A stretch of 64,000 nt of DNA. Origin: Isurus oxyrinchus. Lineage: Eukaryota. Position 1 is the first letter of the stretch; each line of letters starts with the position of its first letter. The position numbers were made by a program, and so were the translations under genes. Of this stretch, positions 1 to 13,060 are shown piece by piece. The notes beneath the pieces are model-generated. The model saw only the letters and a list, made by a program, of their open reading frames with translations. It ran no database searches and had not been told where the DNA came from. The stretch lies in NCBI GenBank assembly GCA_026770705.1, contig JANJGN010000034.1:11532001-11596000 (forward strand), written 5' to 3'.

Positions 1-2664
1 TGTCTTGGTCTCGAAACTCTTCCAGAAACTACAAAGGATTATAGTTAGCATATAAAACTGTTTCTGAAGTGTTGTTTGCACATACACATTGAAATGATAG
101 AAAGCTAAACCCAAACTTAAAGTCTCCTTTTCTAGAGCTGAGTGTTTCTTCTGATGCATATTCAAATGTGAGACATGTCCTGCTGGTTTCTCAAGTCCCA
201 GTTCACTTTCCTGTAACGACATAGTGCCAACATCTACATTTCTACATCGCACATTTACCTGGATGATACCATGGAATAAATGGTTGAATTATGGAGATAA
301 TGTGATCTTCCATTTCATGAGCTTTGGAAGCTGGTGGAAGATCTGAATGAGAAGTTTAATATTTTAAGCGGACCTAGTTGATAGATAGAGAAAAAAAATT
401 GCCTCTGCACGAAGAATCAAGGTTACCAAGACATAGTCTAAATTTCGAAGTTGCTTCGAGGGGAATGAGCGTTGTTCATATGTTGCTCATCGCTAGTGCA
501 CCAGAAGCTATTAACGGTCTTCTAATTAAAGCACTGAGTTGAACAACAGAGCAGAGGTGTGGCTGGAGGCCATAATGTTTCACCATCATAGGCTGCAGGA
601 GGCTTAGAGGAAAGGGCTCAGTGATCAAAGTAACAAAGTGTGACATCTGAAAATGATTACGGCATTGGTATTGCTCTGTCAGACAGGAAAACCGGCTTCC
701 AGAAAGAGAGACAGTGATGGATGATGCGAAAATGAATGGTGCTTATCATTACTTTCTAGACTGATCCGAGAGTAATTCGGCAGCTTCGGTGTGGGAATGT
801 GATGCTTGATGTATCCCACTGAGATTTGGTTAAGTATAGCTCAACCAGTTGTGTGCAGAAACAATAATGGCAATTCCCTGATGAAATAGAGACAGGTGTC
901 ATTGCAAGGGGGACAACCCGAATTGGAAACAGCAAAGTTATTCCTGGAAACAGTAGATTAAAGCTGTGGATAAGTTATTGGTTGAATACATTGCCAACTG
1001 CAGATGTTTCACGATGAATTGAAAGGAAGAGGTCAGCCAGCTGACACATTGAAAGCGGCTTCGTCAATGAAAAGCAGACAGATTTTTTTCTGTTTCCAGA
1101 GGAAATCAATAAGGGAAGTGGGGAGCAATTTGTAAGTGTGTGATGAAGACAATCGACGTCGGGAATCCAGTTCATAGGTGGCACTGTATATCAATAGCAG
1201 GAATTATGTGAAGGGAGTGGTTTACTGATCTCAGAATGGGACTGACTTCAGAGGAGGGAAGGCAAACTGAGCTTAGATGCAGACTCAAATCATAAACGCA
1301 AGCAATCGCTCATTAGAGATTGGGAAAGATATCTAGTGGTGCATTATGCTGGTGGCAGTTTAAAAATATATATAAAGGAGACGGAGCGAAATCTACTGTA
1401 ACAGCATCCTCATGGATTTGTTTCCTCCTGCTGTAGCGAATCGCGAGCCAACAATGCCCTGGAAGTCAGCAAGAAGGTTACCGTCTGTGGAAGCAAAATG
1501 GAAATAATTTTGATTCTAAGCATGTACAAACAATATTTGGTGAAATGCCTTACTTTCGGTAAATAGCATCACTTTATTACTTTTTCGTAGCAGCATTCTA
1601 AGCTGCTGCAAGGGTGAAGTGTATTAATGATGCGTAATATTATATAACCCACCAGAAACCACTGGTAAACAAGATATGATGTGTGCCCAGAAAATATAAT
1701 TACTTGAATGCTGGAAATTGGTAACAATTGGATTTGTTTCTTGAGCAATGCACATTTGGAGTTCATGCCTGATAGAGGATCATTCAATGTTATTTTAAAC
1801 CATGTGTATGAAAATTGTTCTCCAATGATGTTGCTCAGGTGCGGATTCGTTGGCATAGCAATAGATTCTAGGGACAGCGCATGACAGGAACTGGTTTGCA
1901 CAAACACAGGTACAGTTTACACCATGGGTTGCAGGTTAATCAGGAGCATAAACATTGAATTTCCTACTCTCCCCATCTTCAATGTCAGATACATGGTAGA
2001 GCTGCTGTCATGCCAGTAACAACGTGTCATATTTTCAAACTTCCGAATATGATATGTACTCAGTGTGGAATCGTTTGGAACTCCACTTTCTTTCCAAGAT
2101 GGTCAATATGTCCTGCAGAGGTTGGCCACCAAAGCTCAGCAGGCCTGATAAGTGGATTCAGAAACTGCCACGCTGTCTCGTGATGCCAAAACGATAAAGT
2201 CCAGACTAGGAGATTTCACCCACCTACACCCTAAGACTTATCGAAAGGACATTTTGAATTAAATTTGCCTTTATTAAATAAAGTCAACGATGGCATCAAC
2301 CCTTCTCATGATGAATGTCTTCCAACAAGAAACCAGGTTATGGATAATTAAACCAACACCATATTTGATAAGGGGAGCTGTGAGAAGTCAAATGTTGGGT
2401 AGACATGTCTGCTCTGGCTTCATCTTTAAGTATTGTGTGCTGAGCCACAGGATCAGCAGAAAGGGCAGGACGTTAATGTCTGCAGACTGTAAAACTATAA
2501 GGTCTTCAAGCCTGTTCCTGAAAACTGATGTTCTGGTAAAGAGACTAGAAGCAACTACCTTCCTGCCCTGAAAAAAGTCAATCTCTTCGATAGAATCCTG
2601 ATAACTACCTCAGCACGTGACTCCGGCTGTTGAACTTAGTTTCAGAGCCTGAGGAGAATATACT

Positions 2665-2668
2665 TCAT
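2665..2668 (-). CDS. Probable terminal coding exon (AG|A TGA = Arg-stop) followed by 3' UTR, copy A
   Basis: Acceptor tttttaaaacatcag followed by A-TGA fits the phase-2 donor of the previous exon; conserved in copy B (47881-47884). Confidence 0.45.
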
Positions 2669-4055
2669 CTGATGTTTTAAAAAGTACATTGTTCATCGTA
2701 ATGGCCACGGATCATGGAACCGAATTACTTACGACATGTTGAAATTTTCAGTAACACTTGATTTTTTTTAATGGACCCACAAACATAAATTGGCTGGTAC
2801 TGTAATGCCACCATTTGCCGGAAAATTCCGATGTGGATTGCACTTGTCCAAATAGTCTAAAGGACAGAATATTGCACCTAATCAATGTTTTCCAGAATAG
2901 GGCAGTCACGTGAATCATGAATTAATCGTTTTCTTTATAGCTTTTAGAAGAGCACTAGGCACTTCAATTGCACATTCCCTGAGTGCATTTTTGCATGTAA
3001 ATGTGTGAGTAAAGGCTATAATGTTAGATTGAGCGTGAAAATAAGCAATTATCTTTATTTAAACGCACAATCAGGAGGCTACTAGTTATTCAACTTGTTC
3101 ACACTTTCAAGGGATAATAAACACGTGTCTTTCCTTCAAAGTTTTACTGATTACAGACAACTGGGAAGGGAGCAGAGATTTCCCTGCTTCTCTCCGTCAC
3201 ACTGTCCGTAACAGCCTCCGCCCACATCCCACCAGCTCATGTCATGCTTCCCAAGGCGCGGGACAAATTGAAGCTAACTTCACCCAGATCTTTGGTGCTC
3301 ATTACGTGGCATGGGCTTATCACTGGAATCAAGAGTGATCACGAATCTGGAGCATTAATACTGTTACCTTAAATCAGCTTTCTCAGTTTGTGCTTTGTTT
3401 GCATTTTGCAAGGGAGTCTTAAGTTTTTGGCCCAGAGCAACAACATTTTGCATAACTGGCCAAAGATAAACACTCAGTTCACAATATAATCAAACTACAG
3501 GTGTTATTCTCAACCGCACACCCCGAGTTCAACCTCCTCAGTGGCAAGTGTTTAAACTGCACTCACGAGATAGAGTTATTTGTGAGCCCACAGAGAAAAA
3601 AATTGCCATAAAATTATTATTATTTTGTTGTAAAGCCTGACTAGTTCAGTAATGTCCTTTGTGGCAAATAGCATTTCACACCATTCGCTCTATATCAAGC
3701 TATAAGTTTTGGCTACCACTGAATACTATGAGGACACCTGGAGATCACAATTGAACACTGCCTTGTCATGTGATATTCCTGCCTTGTGAAGAAATGAGGA
3801 GACATGACGCTGTGGATACTGAAAGGATGGCTCCCCTTTGAGGGAGAAAGTGGATCAATGAGACAGAGTTTTAAAATAATGGTCATAATCAGTGCAGCCA
3901 CGAACTTATTAAATAGTGGAGGAGATTTGAAGGAGCCGAATGGCTTTCTCAGGCTCTTGATTCGTCTGCACGTTTGTTCTTAAATGGAAAATCCTACATT
4001 CCGCTTGCTTTTTTAAAAGATGGTAGATGACGTGTGAAATGTTCTTTCAACATAC

Positions 4056-4099
4056 CTCATCAATTCACTGTAAACTGACCGATCGTGCACTTGTAATCC
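4056..4099 (-). CDS. Cytoplasmic exon 4, copy A (GLQVHDRSVYSELM-R), second half of ITAM
   Basis: Acceptor ttttaacag, donor AG|gtatgt; 44 nt, phase 0-2; completes YMGL-x7-YSEL. Confidence 0.82.
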
Positions 4100-4229
4100 C
4101 TGTTAAAATTAATAATATATTTGCTTTTTTAGTGAACAACAATAGAGTGCGTTAAAAGAGAACTGAGGTGAAATAAAGGATAAATAGTCAGTGAATGAGA
4201 TAAAAGAATGCACAAAATAATATCCTGAC

Positions 4230-4271
4230 CATATAAGTAGAGTCTTCCTCAAGTGGTTTTGTAGCTTGCTC
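4230..4271 (-). CDS. Cytoplasmic exon 3, copy A (EQATKPLEEDSTYM), first half of ITAM
   Basis: Acceptor catttttacag, donor gtcagg; 42 nt, phase 0-0. Confidence 0.8.
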
Positions 4272-4746
4272 CTGTAAAAATGCAATTTGAAAAACGAAAT
4301 ACAGGCAGGTACACAAGATTTCCATGTAATTACTTCATAATTTACAACGATTAGAATGTCATATATCCTACAATAAAAGTTATACCAATTTCCCTAAAAT
4401 AACTAGCCCCAAATTAAATTTCAAGGGTGAATGTTCATTACTAACACGTGGTGAAAGAGGAGCAACAGCGCACAGAATATTCATTTCACTCAGCACTCGG
4501 TTATCATGACTGTGGTAAAATTGAAAATTGACACCAATATCCCATGCTGCAACAGGAGCATTGTTTGATAATCTTATAAAAACAGGAACCAGTCCACTAA
4601 CCGAGTAAGGCAAAGAAACCGAAACCCCTACCCTAGTCTGACTTATTGCCGAATCGAGTTTACTCCGACTGCATGAACAATGACATTGTTATCCTCACTG
4701 GAATGAACTCGCCAATGTGACCATGTTTTAATACAATTATACCAAC

Positions 4747-4811
4747 CTTTTGCTTTCTTGGAATATTTTCGTAGGCCGATGCTGAATTCTCCCTTATTGC
4801 AGCAGGGCTGC
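4747..4811 (-). CDS. Cytoplasmic exon 2, copy A (GSPAAIRENSASAYENIPRKQK), tyrosine motif SAYENI
   Basis: Acceptor tttttcattctcacag, donor gttggt; 65 nt, phase 1-0; conserved in copy B. Confidence 0.75.
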
Positions 4812-5742
4812 CTGTGAGAATGAAAAACAGTTAATCACATCTCCACATATAGTCACAGAATCATACAATGACAGAGCACAATCGGAGGTCATTTAGCCCA
4901 CCATGCCAGTATCAGCTCTTTGAAGGTGAAATACAATTAATCCCATTCCTCAAACATTTTCGCACACCCTTGTAAGTAAGCTTCCTTAACGTGCATATCC
5001 AACGTCCTTGTCAAACTGATATTCAATATGATTCCAACAGATGTTCATGTTATGCAACCCGATCATAGCAATTCGCTGCCTAAATATAAATTTACGCCTC
5101 ACGCAGCTGTCTTTTTGGGAACTAGATTTAATTTTTACCACCTGTGGCTGCTTACAGTTTCTCCTAATTTCCTCTATCACGATATTTCGCGATTTTGAAC
5201 ACCTCTGTAAAATCTCCCATCAGCCTCCCTGCTTTAAGGAGAATAAGCCGAGCTACTCCCATTCCTCCACGGAGCTATTTCTGTAAATCTGCAGTACACA
5301 CTCCTCAAGACAGTAACATTAGTCCTGAATCATTGAACCATGTACATGCCATTAGAGTGAGAACGGTTGCTTCATGTTCTGAGGCATTGCAGCTTTTGTT
5401 TCTTAGTTTTCTCTTTCTGTTTACTGGGGTGGACTCCGTTCGTGCTAATTTAATGATTTCTTGAGTTGTAGGGTCAATTTTACGAACTAAGGGTACACTT
5501 GGAACAGCCGTAATCAAGGAATGAAAATTGGTGGGAATCTAGTTCTACGTTTTTCAATATAACGCAGAAGAGATATAAATTCGGCTGCTGGTTCGCCATT
5601 ATCTATTCTACATTAGAGAGATGGGCGGAATTGTCCTAGGTATTTCATCATGTGGGTGTTCCTGAAGCTGACAGATTCACACTTTGAGCACCTAAGTAGC
5701 AGAAAACACAATGGTTAGTTCCAGGCAAAACCGTTGTCTCAC

Positions 5743-5807
5743 CGTCAGCTCTGTATGTGTACACAAAGCTATTCGGTTTTGAACTTTCACGAGGAATGTA
5801 CAACTCA
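5743..5807 (-). CDS. Cytoplasmic exon 1, copy A (ELYIPRESSKPNSFVYTYRAD); acceptor altered
   Basis: 65 nt, phase 2-1, the phase needed to join the TM exon to the next exon; donor G|gtgaga intact; acceptor is ttttagag versus ttttgcag in copy B. Confidence 0.6.
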
Positions 5808-6828
5808 CTCTAAAATGAAGCTTTCGTATGAAAATAGATACAGAAGCATATATTCGATGTTCTCAGTGTCAACGTATTTTCAGTCAGACATAATTTGCAC
5901 GAACGATTGCTTCTTTTCACCATTCACAAGTTAGGGAACCCTGTATTAAACAGTATATTGAGCGATATCCATGCTGATCCGAACATTTTTTTAAAATAGC
6001 GTTTAGCTGTTAGGCAATTGTGCGTAAAAGTGCTCAACAAGAACTAGTTTATCTACTTTGATGTGCAAACGTAAAGATTCATAAGTCTGCCCGATGTATG
6101 CTTGTTTGAATGAAGTTCAAGTCATAAAGCACTATTGACCCCTGCAACCATACATTCAACATGGAACTGCTAAAGTATTTCACTTACTATTTTCTGTTGG
6201 ACTAATGTTCGTAGCATTTTGCCCTTGCGTTGGTTCTTGCATCCTTAAGAAATGTAGTGCAACATAATAAAATAAACATTTTCAGGACGATATTATATTG
6301 CAATCATGATCTGCAACAGAAATCCTATTTCTTAATGTCTTATTATTAGTGGAAAATGTCTTCCTAACTGGAAGGAACAAATTTCATTCATGCTGGGCAA
6401 CATCGACATTATTTTATTCTTTTATGGGACCTGGGCGTCGCTAGCTGAGCCAGCATTTTTTATTGCCTATCCCTGATTGCCCTTGAGAAGACGGTGGTGA
6501 GCCGTCTTCCTGTGCCACTTCTGTCCATATGGCGTAGAAGCACCTAAAACAGTTTGATTAGTTGGAAGATGCAAAACTAAGTAACTGCATCAGCAACAGT
6601 AGTGGAGTGATATCATACCAAAGTGGGGAACTAACAGTAGGAAATTTTTGTCAATCAGAAAGAAAAACGATTATTATTGACTGTGTAAACATGCCTTATA
6701 AGTATATAGACTTGGATAGAGATATACACATATTTTGAAACAACCTTTCGCGCATCTACTTTGATTCAATTCATCAGGCTACAGACAAACTACTAAAGGT
6801 GCAGATAACATTTACATAGACTATTTAC

Positions 6829-6952
6829 CAGCATGCTTTCTTTTTGATCAGCCACGCGCTTATCCCGCCGATCATTCCCAGAATAAGTAGAACAGCAATC
6901 ACGATGCCTGCTTTGTGACCACTGCCTAATTCAGTGGTGGAGGAATGTTGTT
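6829..6952 (-). CDS. Stalk+transmembrane exon, copy A (EQHSSTTELGSGHKAGIVIAVLLILGMIGGISAWLIKKKAC)
   Basis: Acceptor attttcag, donor gtaaat; 124 nt, phase 1-2; hydrophobic stretch followed by KKK stop-transfer. Confidence 0.88.
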
Positions 6953-7689
6953 CTGAAAATGCATTAAGAACAGATATTGAAATTAATATCAAATGCCGGA
7001 ATCAATTAAACTCCTGTAGCAATGGGCCGGTATTTAAACACATTTTGCCGTAGCGCTTGATTGTTGCTAAATTTCAACAATGCAAGAATAAAAATGGCCA
7101 TGACAGAGGTCTCTCGAGCCAATGTGACACGTCATTTAAATACAAGCCTCTGCAACTGCAAGGGCAACCAGGTAATTGAGTCTCTACGCTCTTGATCCCA
7201 AAATATTTTAAAAATTTCTCTCTACAGCTTGTAATGGGCCAATCAAGTGCTGAGCATCAATGAATGCAATCCCGACTGTTGGCCGTGTTGTCTTCCAATT
7301 TTTCAGGAAGCATTTCGTTTGATTCCCAAAATATTAATTACTGCCCTCAACTGAAGCCTACATTTCACATCTTGTCAACTTCCATTTTCTTGTGTCTTGA
7401 AATCAGGTGGATTTCCCTTGGCAATCCCCTCCTGTTTCTCATCTACCTGATACATCAGTGACAACATGCCAAAATATATAGCTAGATTTTATGGGCCGCA
7501 GTGGTCCTCAGACCCAGGAGCGAATAAATCAGGGACCAGCCCAGCCGCACTGCTGGCCCCTGCATGGAATTTCCTATGCCGAGCAGACAGATTGTGAGAC
7601 AGTGCAGTGTTGGGGTGAGAGAGAGACTGCAGGGGACAAGCCAGTGTCGGGAGAGGAACAGGGAGACGGAAGACCTGCCGGACCATCCA

Positions 7690-8130
7690 GCGCGCTATAA
7701 GGTTGTCCATATCTGCAATCTTGAAAGCAGGGTGTTAGACATTTGCCCATCGTCCAAATGGATGCAGAACAGGCCTCATCAAATCTAATCCGCAGGGAAA
7801 TGTTCACTGTGTATCGGATAAAGTCTCAATGGGCCAAGCGCCGCCACTTTAGGACCAGGAACGTGCACGTTCTACCTCAAATTACCCAAGACAGGCAACA
7901 TTTCTCAAAACTTTGACCACCCGGAAAAGCAAGCCGTTTCCCACTGCTACCATGCAGTGTCTCCGTGAGTGGTACTTTCCACTAACAGGATGCTCCCTCA
8001 GCCCAAAAAGAATGCTCTGCCTATCACACAACTGAGCACCGCAATGCATCAGTTTCAGTGCCGTTGTGATGCCATGTGCGTAGGCCGTATATCCCAGTGA
8101 TTGGCTGATCGAATCAAGCAGCGTGTTATA
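7690..8130 (+). mobile_element. Penelope-like element remnant (RT C-terminus + GIY-YIG)
   Basis: Translates to ..YLKLP..GNISQNF..KQAVSHCYHAV..STNRMLP..FQCRCDAMCVGRISQ*LADRIKQ; same family as the 31.2-31.6 kb element. Confidence 0.75.
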
Positions 8131-10329
8131 TTGGTTGTTCATAAGAGTGTTTTAAACGTTAAAAACAAAGGTAAAAGTACAGCTGAGGGAACAGATACTG
8201 GTATCTTGAAGCAGCATAAGCTAACATGGCCAAACTGAAACCTAAATATAATTTTGATATGCGCAGTACGTCTTTAATCTGGAAATCTGCAAAAGCAACG
8301 CTTTTTATTCCGACGATTCACTTGGCAACAACTCACGTTGCACATCCTCTTGTGTGCTGAGTTTCTCTGGGCCACTGACTAAATCCAATTGACCCTGTCC
8401 TCCAAAATGAGAGCAGCACTAACACAGAACAACTGAACCCACAAATAAGAAGGTGTATGGCGATAAAGTGGGATTAGTGTCGCAGAATTGAGTTCCCACA
8501 GCTATATACATTCGTACCGCAATGAGTGGTTCTCCCTCTTTAGTGTACTGGAGATGGACAGTGTATAGGCATGCATTTGATGTTTTAGACTGCAGCCCTG
8601 TATCTTCGAAATGCTGAGTCAAGCACAGCGGTCTGCTTATTGAAACCACACCCTAATTGCACCAAGCAAAGCAAGGGGTAAAACAGCCCAGTAATAATTA
8701 TTTTTGTATGTATATTTGGTCACTCAAAGACCAAACGTAAGATTTTTTCCCACAAGAAAATCAGCGCTTCTAATTTGAGAATTATTTGTCGAAGCATGTC
8801 AGAAATAGTTTTTTTAAAAATGGCATTGGTGTATGAAATCAGGAAATCATTGCATGAGCAACATTTCTTTGTATTTATGCTTCGCAGTCTTCAAACTGAG
8901 CCTGTTACTGCATAAATAACAGATGTTTATGCAATTCAATAATAAAATGTCAGAGCCTCTCCATGTACTTGGAACCCGATTACCGAGTCTCTGCTCATGC
9001 TTACAAACTTCACCAGTTCACCTCTTCGCAAAGTTCATATTCAAGTTAATATTAATGATGCCACATGCTTTCGGGAAAAAGAAAATCTAAGTTTAGCGAA
9101 GTTCTGGAGTTTCGGCAGCCATAGCACAATTTAGATAAATTCACAAGTAAACATCAGAATTGTGAAATTGAACCTGGGAGGGACGCAAACCAGGTAATAT
9201 TATATATATTGCCAGTTACAAGCCTCACACTAAATTCAGGTCCATTTACCTATATGCAAATCATTATTGAACGTGGTGAATAACAAGACAGAAATGCAAC
9301 ACCGCCCAGCATGTATCTTTGTCCAGTCTAATATCCCTCGATAATTATTGGCGCACTAACGTTTTAGGAAAAGTCAATGTCTACATGTTAAATATCCGAA
9401 ATATGTGTGCATGTTAAGAATTGTGTTTTAGCTTGTTACAGTCTATATCTATTCTGGTTGTGGTTGACTTGCAGTAACATAACACAAGTTTGAACCATCC
9501 CTGCAAATTCAGTTATGCTTTGTAATAATAAACTTGCAAATACCAGTCAGCATGAATAGAGAAAAGAGATAATCCTGCATGATCAATCTGGATGAAGCTA
9601 CTTGTGAAATACATTGTGAAAGGGCAATGCAGAGCGTTTCCTCGAACTGTAAGAAAGATTTGAGAAAAGTTCCAGAGAGAGGCAGAAGAGTTAATTACAA
9701 GCATCGGGGCTATGGGGCATGGGTTACCAAAAGAATTAAACAGGCTGCAACGTCCAACAATGCACGCTGACATTTTTTGAAACATGCAAGAAAGAAGACC
9801 ATTCGGCCCATCGTGCCTTGCAGACTAATTGAACTTTTCATCCAAATTGCCTCACAACCTTGATCCTGCTCAAGGTGACCTTACAATGTATATTCAATTC
9901 CTTTACAGGAAAATAATGTTGAATTTGTTTTCATCACACTAAGACAGAACACTCCAGACTTCTTCAATTTTCTGCAAAGAAAATGATTCTCATCTCCCTT
10001 AGCTCTTTCACCAATTATCCTAATTCTGCATTGTCTAGTTGCCTACTATCCTACCAGTTTCCCCTCATTCATTCTATCAAGCCCGGCATAATTTTGTAAC
10101 CTCTATTTTACCTCATTCACAGGAAATCCGAAATTCTTTTGAGTGTGCACACCACTGAAGTTACTCATCCAATATATCATTCTGTTAGATGCCCCCTCCT
10201 GCCTCCCAAAAGATCAGCATACTGCGCAACGTGTGGTGCAGTGAAAGGGCATATAAATGTCAAGTGTAATGTACTGAATGTAGCAAGACAAAGGTAAATG
10301 GATGAACATGCCCTGCAAAGTATGTTGCT

Positions 10330-10940
10330 GCAAATAGCTTAGCATCGAATTAGCGTAGTGAATGCAATAAAGTTGAATTTTTGCAAGAAGAACACGACAG
10401 TAGGTACAAAAATCAAGGGTAACATTCTAAAGGAGTTTCAGGAGCAGAAAGACCTGAGGTATATGTATGCATAAGTCATTGAATATGACAGGACCAGTTA
10501 AGTGAGTGGTTAGTTAACATACCATATCCAAGGCTTCATTAATTACGGCATTGAGTTATGTTAAACTTTTATAGTACACTGGATCTGCCTCAGCCACAGT
10601 ATTGCATTCAATTTCAATGCACAACACTTACGGAAAGACCTGAAGACATCAGAGTGTGTGCAGATATGTTTCATGCAAAGGTTGCAGTGACAAGAAACTT
10701 CAATTATCTTGAAAGTTTGAACTGGTTAGGACTTACAGGGAGAATAGAAGCTGAGAGCTGATTTGATAGAGGGAGAAAAGTCATGAGGCACTGAAAAGAG
10801 TAGACAGTGAAAAATGCTCCCATTAGTGGAAGGATTGAGGATGAAAGAAACATCGAAGACATGAGGAAAAACATTTTCAAGCAGCTAGCGGTTGAGATCT
10901 GGAATGCATGACCAGACATTAGGCGGAGGGAGGTTCAATC
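10330..10940 (+). mobile_element. CR1 LINE 3' fragment (duplicate near 55560-56175)
   Basis: Degenerate CR1 ORF2 C-terminus (LNFYSTLDLPQPQYCIQF..., like LYKSLVRPHLEYCVQF). Confidence 0.7.
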
Positions 10941-10944
10941 GAGC

Positions 10945-11170
10945 CATGTGGTAACAACATTGAAATTGTATTTCAGAAGCCCAGGTGAACTATATGAGGT
11001 AGCGAGTTCAAATTCCACCGTGGCAGCCAGAGAAATTTTAATTCAACAAATAAATTTGTAATTGAAATCTAGGGTCAGTCATGGTGACATTGAAAGCATC
11101 ATCAATTGTCTTAAAAACCATTTGCTTCACTCATTTTTATTAGGGAAGGTAATCTGCCACCCTGCCCTAG
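10945..11170 (+). mobile_element. tRNA-derived SINE 5' part (duplicate near 56180-56405)
   Basis: B-box gagttcaaattc; body matches the SINE at 20248-20640. Confidence 0.6.
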
Positions 11171-12120
11171 CTAACCGGCCCACGTTTACTCAGTGTATCC
11201 GTTCTACCATGAAAGCCAGTCCAGCAAGCATCCAGTTCACTCAAAGATCTGTGGCGTTTGCAGGTGTGTTAAGATATACGAGTCATGAAAGCTTCCTGGG
11301 TATCTAGCACAAACAGGTAGGGTCTGCCTTCTGTGATCACGAATAAGCTGGGCGTTCAGAAACTGAAATCCTTTCCAATTGATGAATCTCACTGGCGGCT
11401 GACAGGGAACTCACACGGCTATATGTGTGCAGTAGATGTCGCCCTGCACTTGTGCGAAACCACATATCATTCTGAATACAACAGATCTTGCAGCCTGGCT
11501 TTCGCAACAATTGTGGAACATATTCAAAAAGGTATCCTTCACCTGCCTTACACATTTGTGTGTCGCCAATTGTAATATTTCCCACATGACCCTTTGGAGC
11601 CCTCGAATTATCTGCTGGCAAAAAAAGTGAAGCGAAGCTGTTACCTTCAAAGCCAGCTGCATGGGATGCCCTCCAAATCCTTGCAGCATCAGTTGTTCAC
11701 AGAGAAGGTGGCAAAAGTGAGCTACCAGGTTCGTGGACAACCGAAGGCGACTGCAGCATTGTCATCTCTACATCCCCGTATATCTGCAGAGATTTCTGTA
11801 TACCAGTGGTGGGCCACTGGTGTTCAATGAATTACCCTCTCTTTGGGAGCACCTTGGATTCTTCGGACACCGCTGCTTCTTGTAGCTCATGTCGCTGCAC
11901 ACTCTGGGCCTGTACCAAACGCCAATGGGCCCTTCTTCTCCTCATTGCATTACAGCTATAAACAAGGCCGGTTGCCTTCATCCGGCATTCTGCACTCTTA
12001 ATTGTCTCTGTCACTGAATGCATTTCAGAATTTAGTGAAACTTTTCCTTCACAAGTTTCCTTCCACCTCTGGGCCAGGAGGCCAATGCAAAGACTTTGGC
12101 CTGAATTCCCTCTGGGCACG
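11170..12120 (-). mobile_element. PIF/Harbinger transposase (HARBI1-like DDE) remnant
   Basis: GFGGHPMQLALKVTASLHFF...GFAQVQGDIYCTHIAV, then FINWKGFQFLNAQLIRDH...ARYPGSFHDSYIL, matching Harbinger motifs G.IDCTHV, NRKGFHSLN and PGS.HD; frameshifted. Confidence 0.85.
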
Positions 12121-12228
12121 CATCTTAAGTCCTCCCCTTGAAAGCGTCAAACATCCTGGAGGACCACAGGTGGCCGATCCTGCCCTTCAGACATGACTGT
12201 GCATGACTACGACCATGTGCGAGAACCC

Positions 12229-13060
12229 TGTCATGAAGAGGTATTAATGTCTATAGTGTCACTGGAAAATATTTTAAAATTGCAATTGTAGTGCGATCTG
12301 CATCTACATGTGTGCCTATGCGTGTGTCTACGTGTGTCCTAACTTGGTTAATGCCAGCTAGTCTGAGTGTTTTGATGCATGGTAGCTCAAGATGTTAATT
12401 GTTTCAATAGGTGAAAGGCCATTTTCGATTTGCATTTGTTGAATAAACCATTCAAACGAATGGGTAAAATCTTGCACCCAGATGGGAGATGCCAAGCAAT
12501 GCGTTTGTATTATTAATAATATTGATGGAATGAAAGGATTATCGTTTAGAGAGGTAAAATTAAAAACCTAGCAACACAATAAAAACTCTGCATTCAAAGC
12601 CGATGCTAGGTATAAACAGAAAGAAGTTTGTATCTATAAGTCAGAGGCATTTAAGATCTAACCAGCCTGTAAGCCAACAACTGTGTCTGCAAAGGAGGTA
12701 GATTGAAAGGATCATCACTTGGAATTCGTAAGATCAAATGTGCTTTACCTGATGTCTGTTTGAAGTCTCTGCATTATTAGTGCCTTGATGAAGATTTACT
12801 TGGAAGTGATTAATTTTGGATTTGTGTATAAGTTATTGTGAGAGTAATTTGTACACACTTATATGTGCTTAATCTGTTGTTAACTTAATAAACGTTTAAT
12901 TTAGTTTTATACAAAAAACCTCTTTCGACCTGGTGGTTTTATTCCTGATTGCAGAGCTGCATTTCAAACACACGAATTAGAAACATAGGTCATCACCGTT
13001 GTTCAAGTTTCCTTATGGGATTTAACCAACTCAGCCTTTACCAACTGCCGTGTCAAAACA
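12229..13060 (+). mobile_element. Solo LTR with 5-bp TSD (AACCC)
   Basis: TGTCATGA...TCAAAACA termini; aaccc at 12224-12228 and 13061-13065; internal TATA-like and AATAAA motifs. Confidence 0.85.

Noticed and set aside
600-2570. Short ORFs conserved in both units (e.g. 1569..1907 and 46767..47054)
   Set aside because: Shared only because of the duplication; stops and frameshifts differ and there is no recognisable domain. Probably ancient repeat or UTR.
5195-5464. Plus-strand hydrophobic ORF as a TM segment
   Set aside because: T-rich low-complexity sequence, antisense to the gene; the real TM exon is 6829-6952.
11411-11740. Domesticated HARBI1 gene
   Set aside because: Frameshifted, with the catalytic motif altered (DIYCTH); a decayed transposon.
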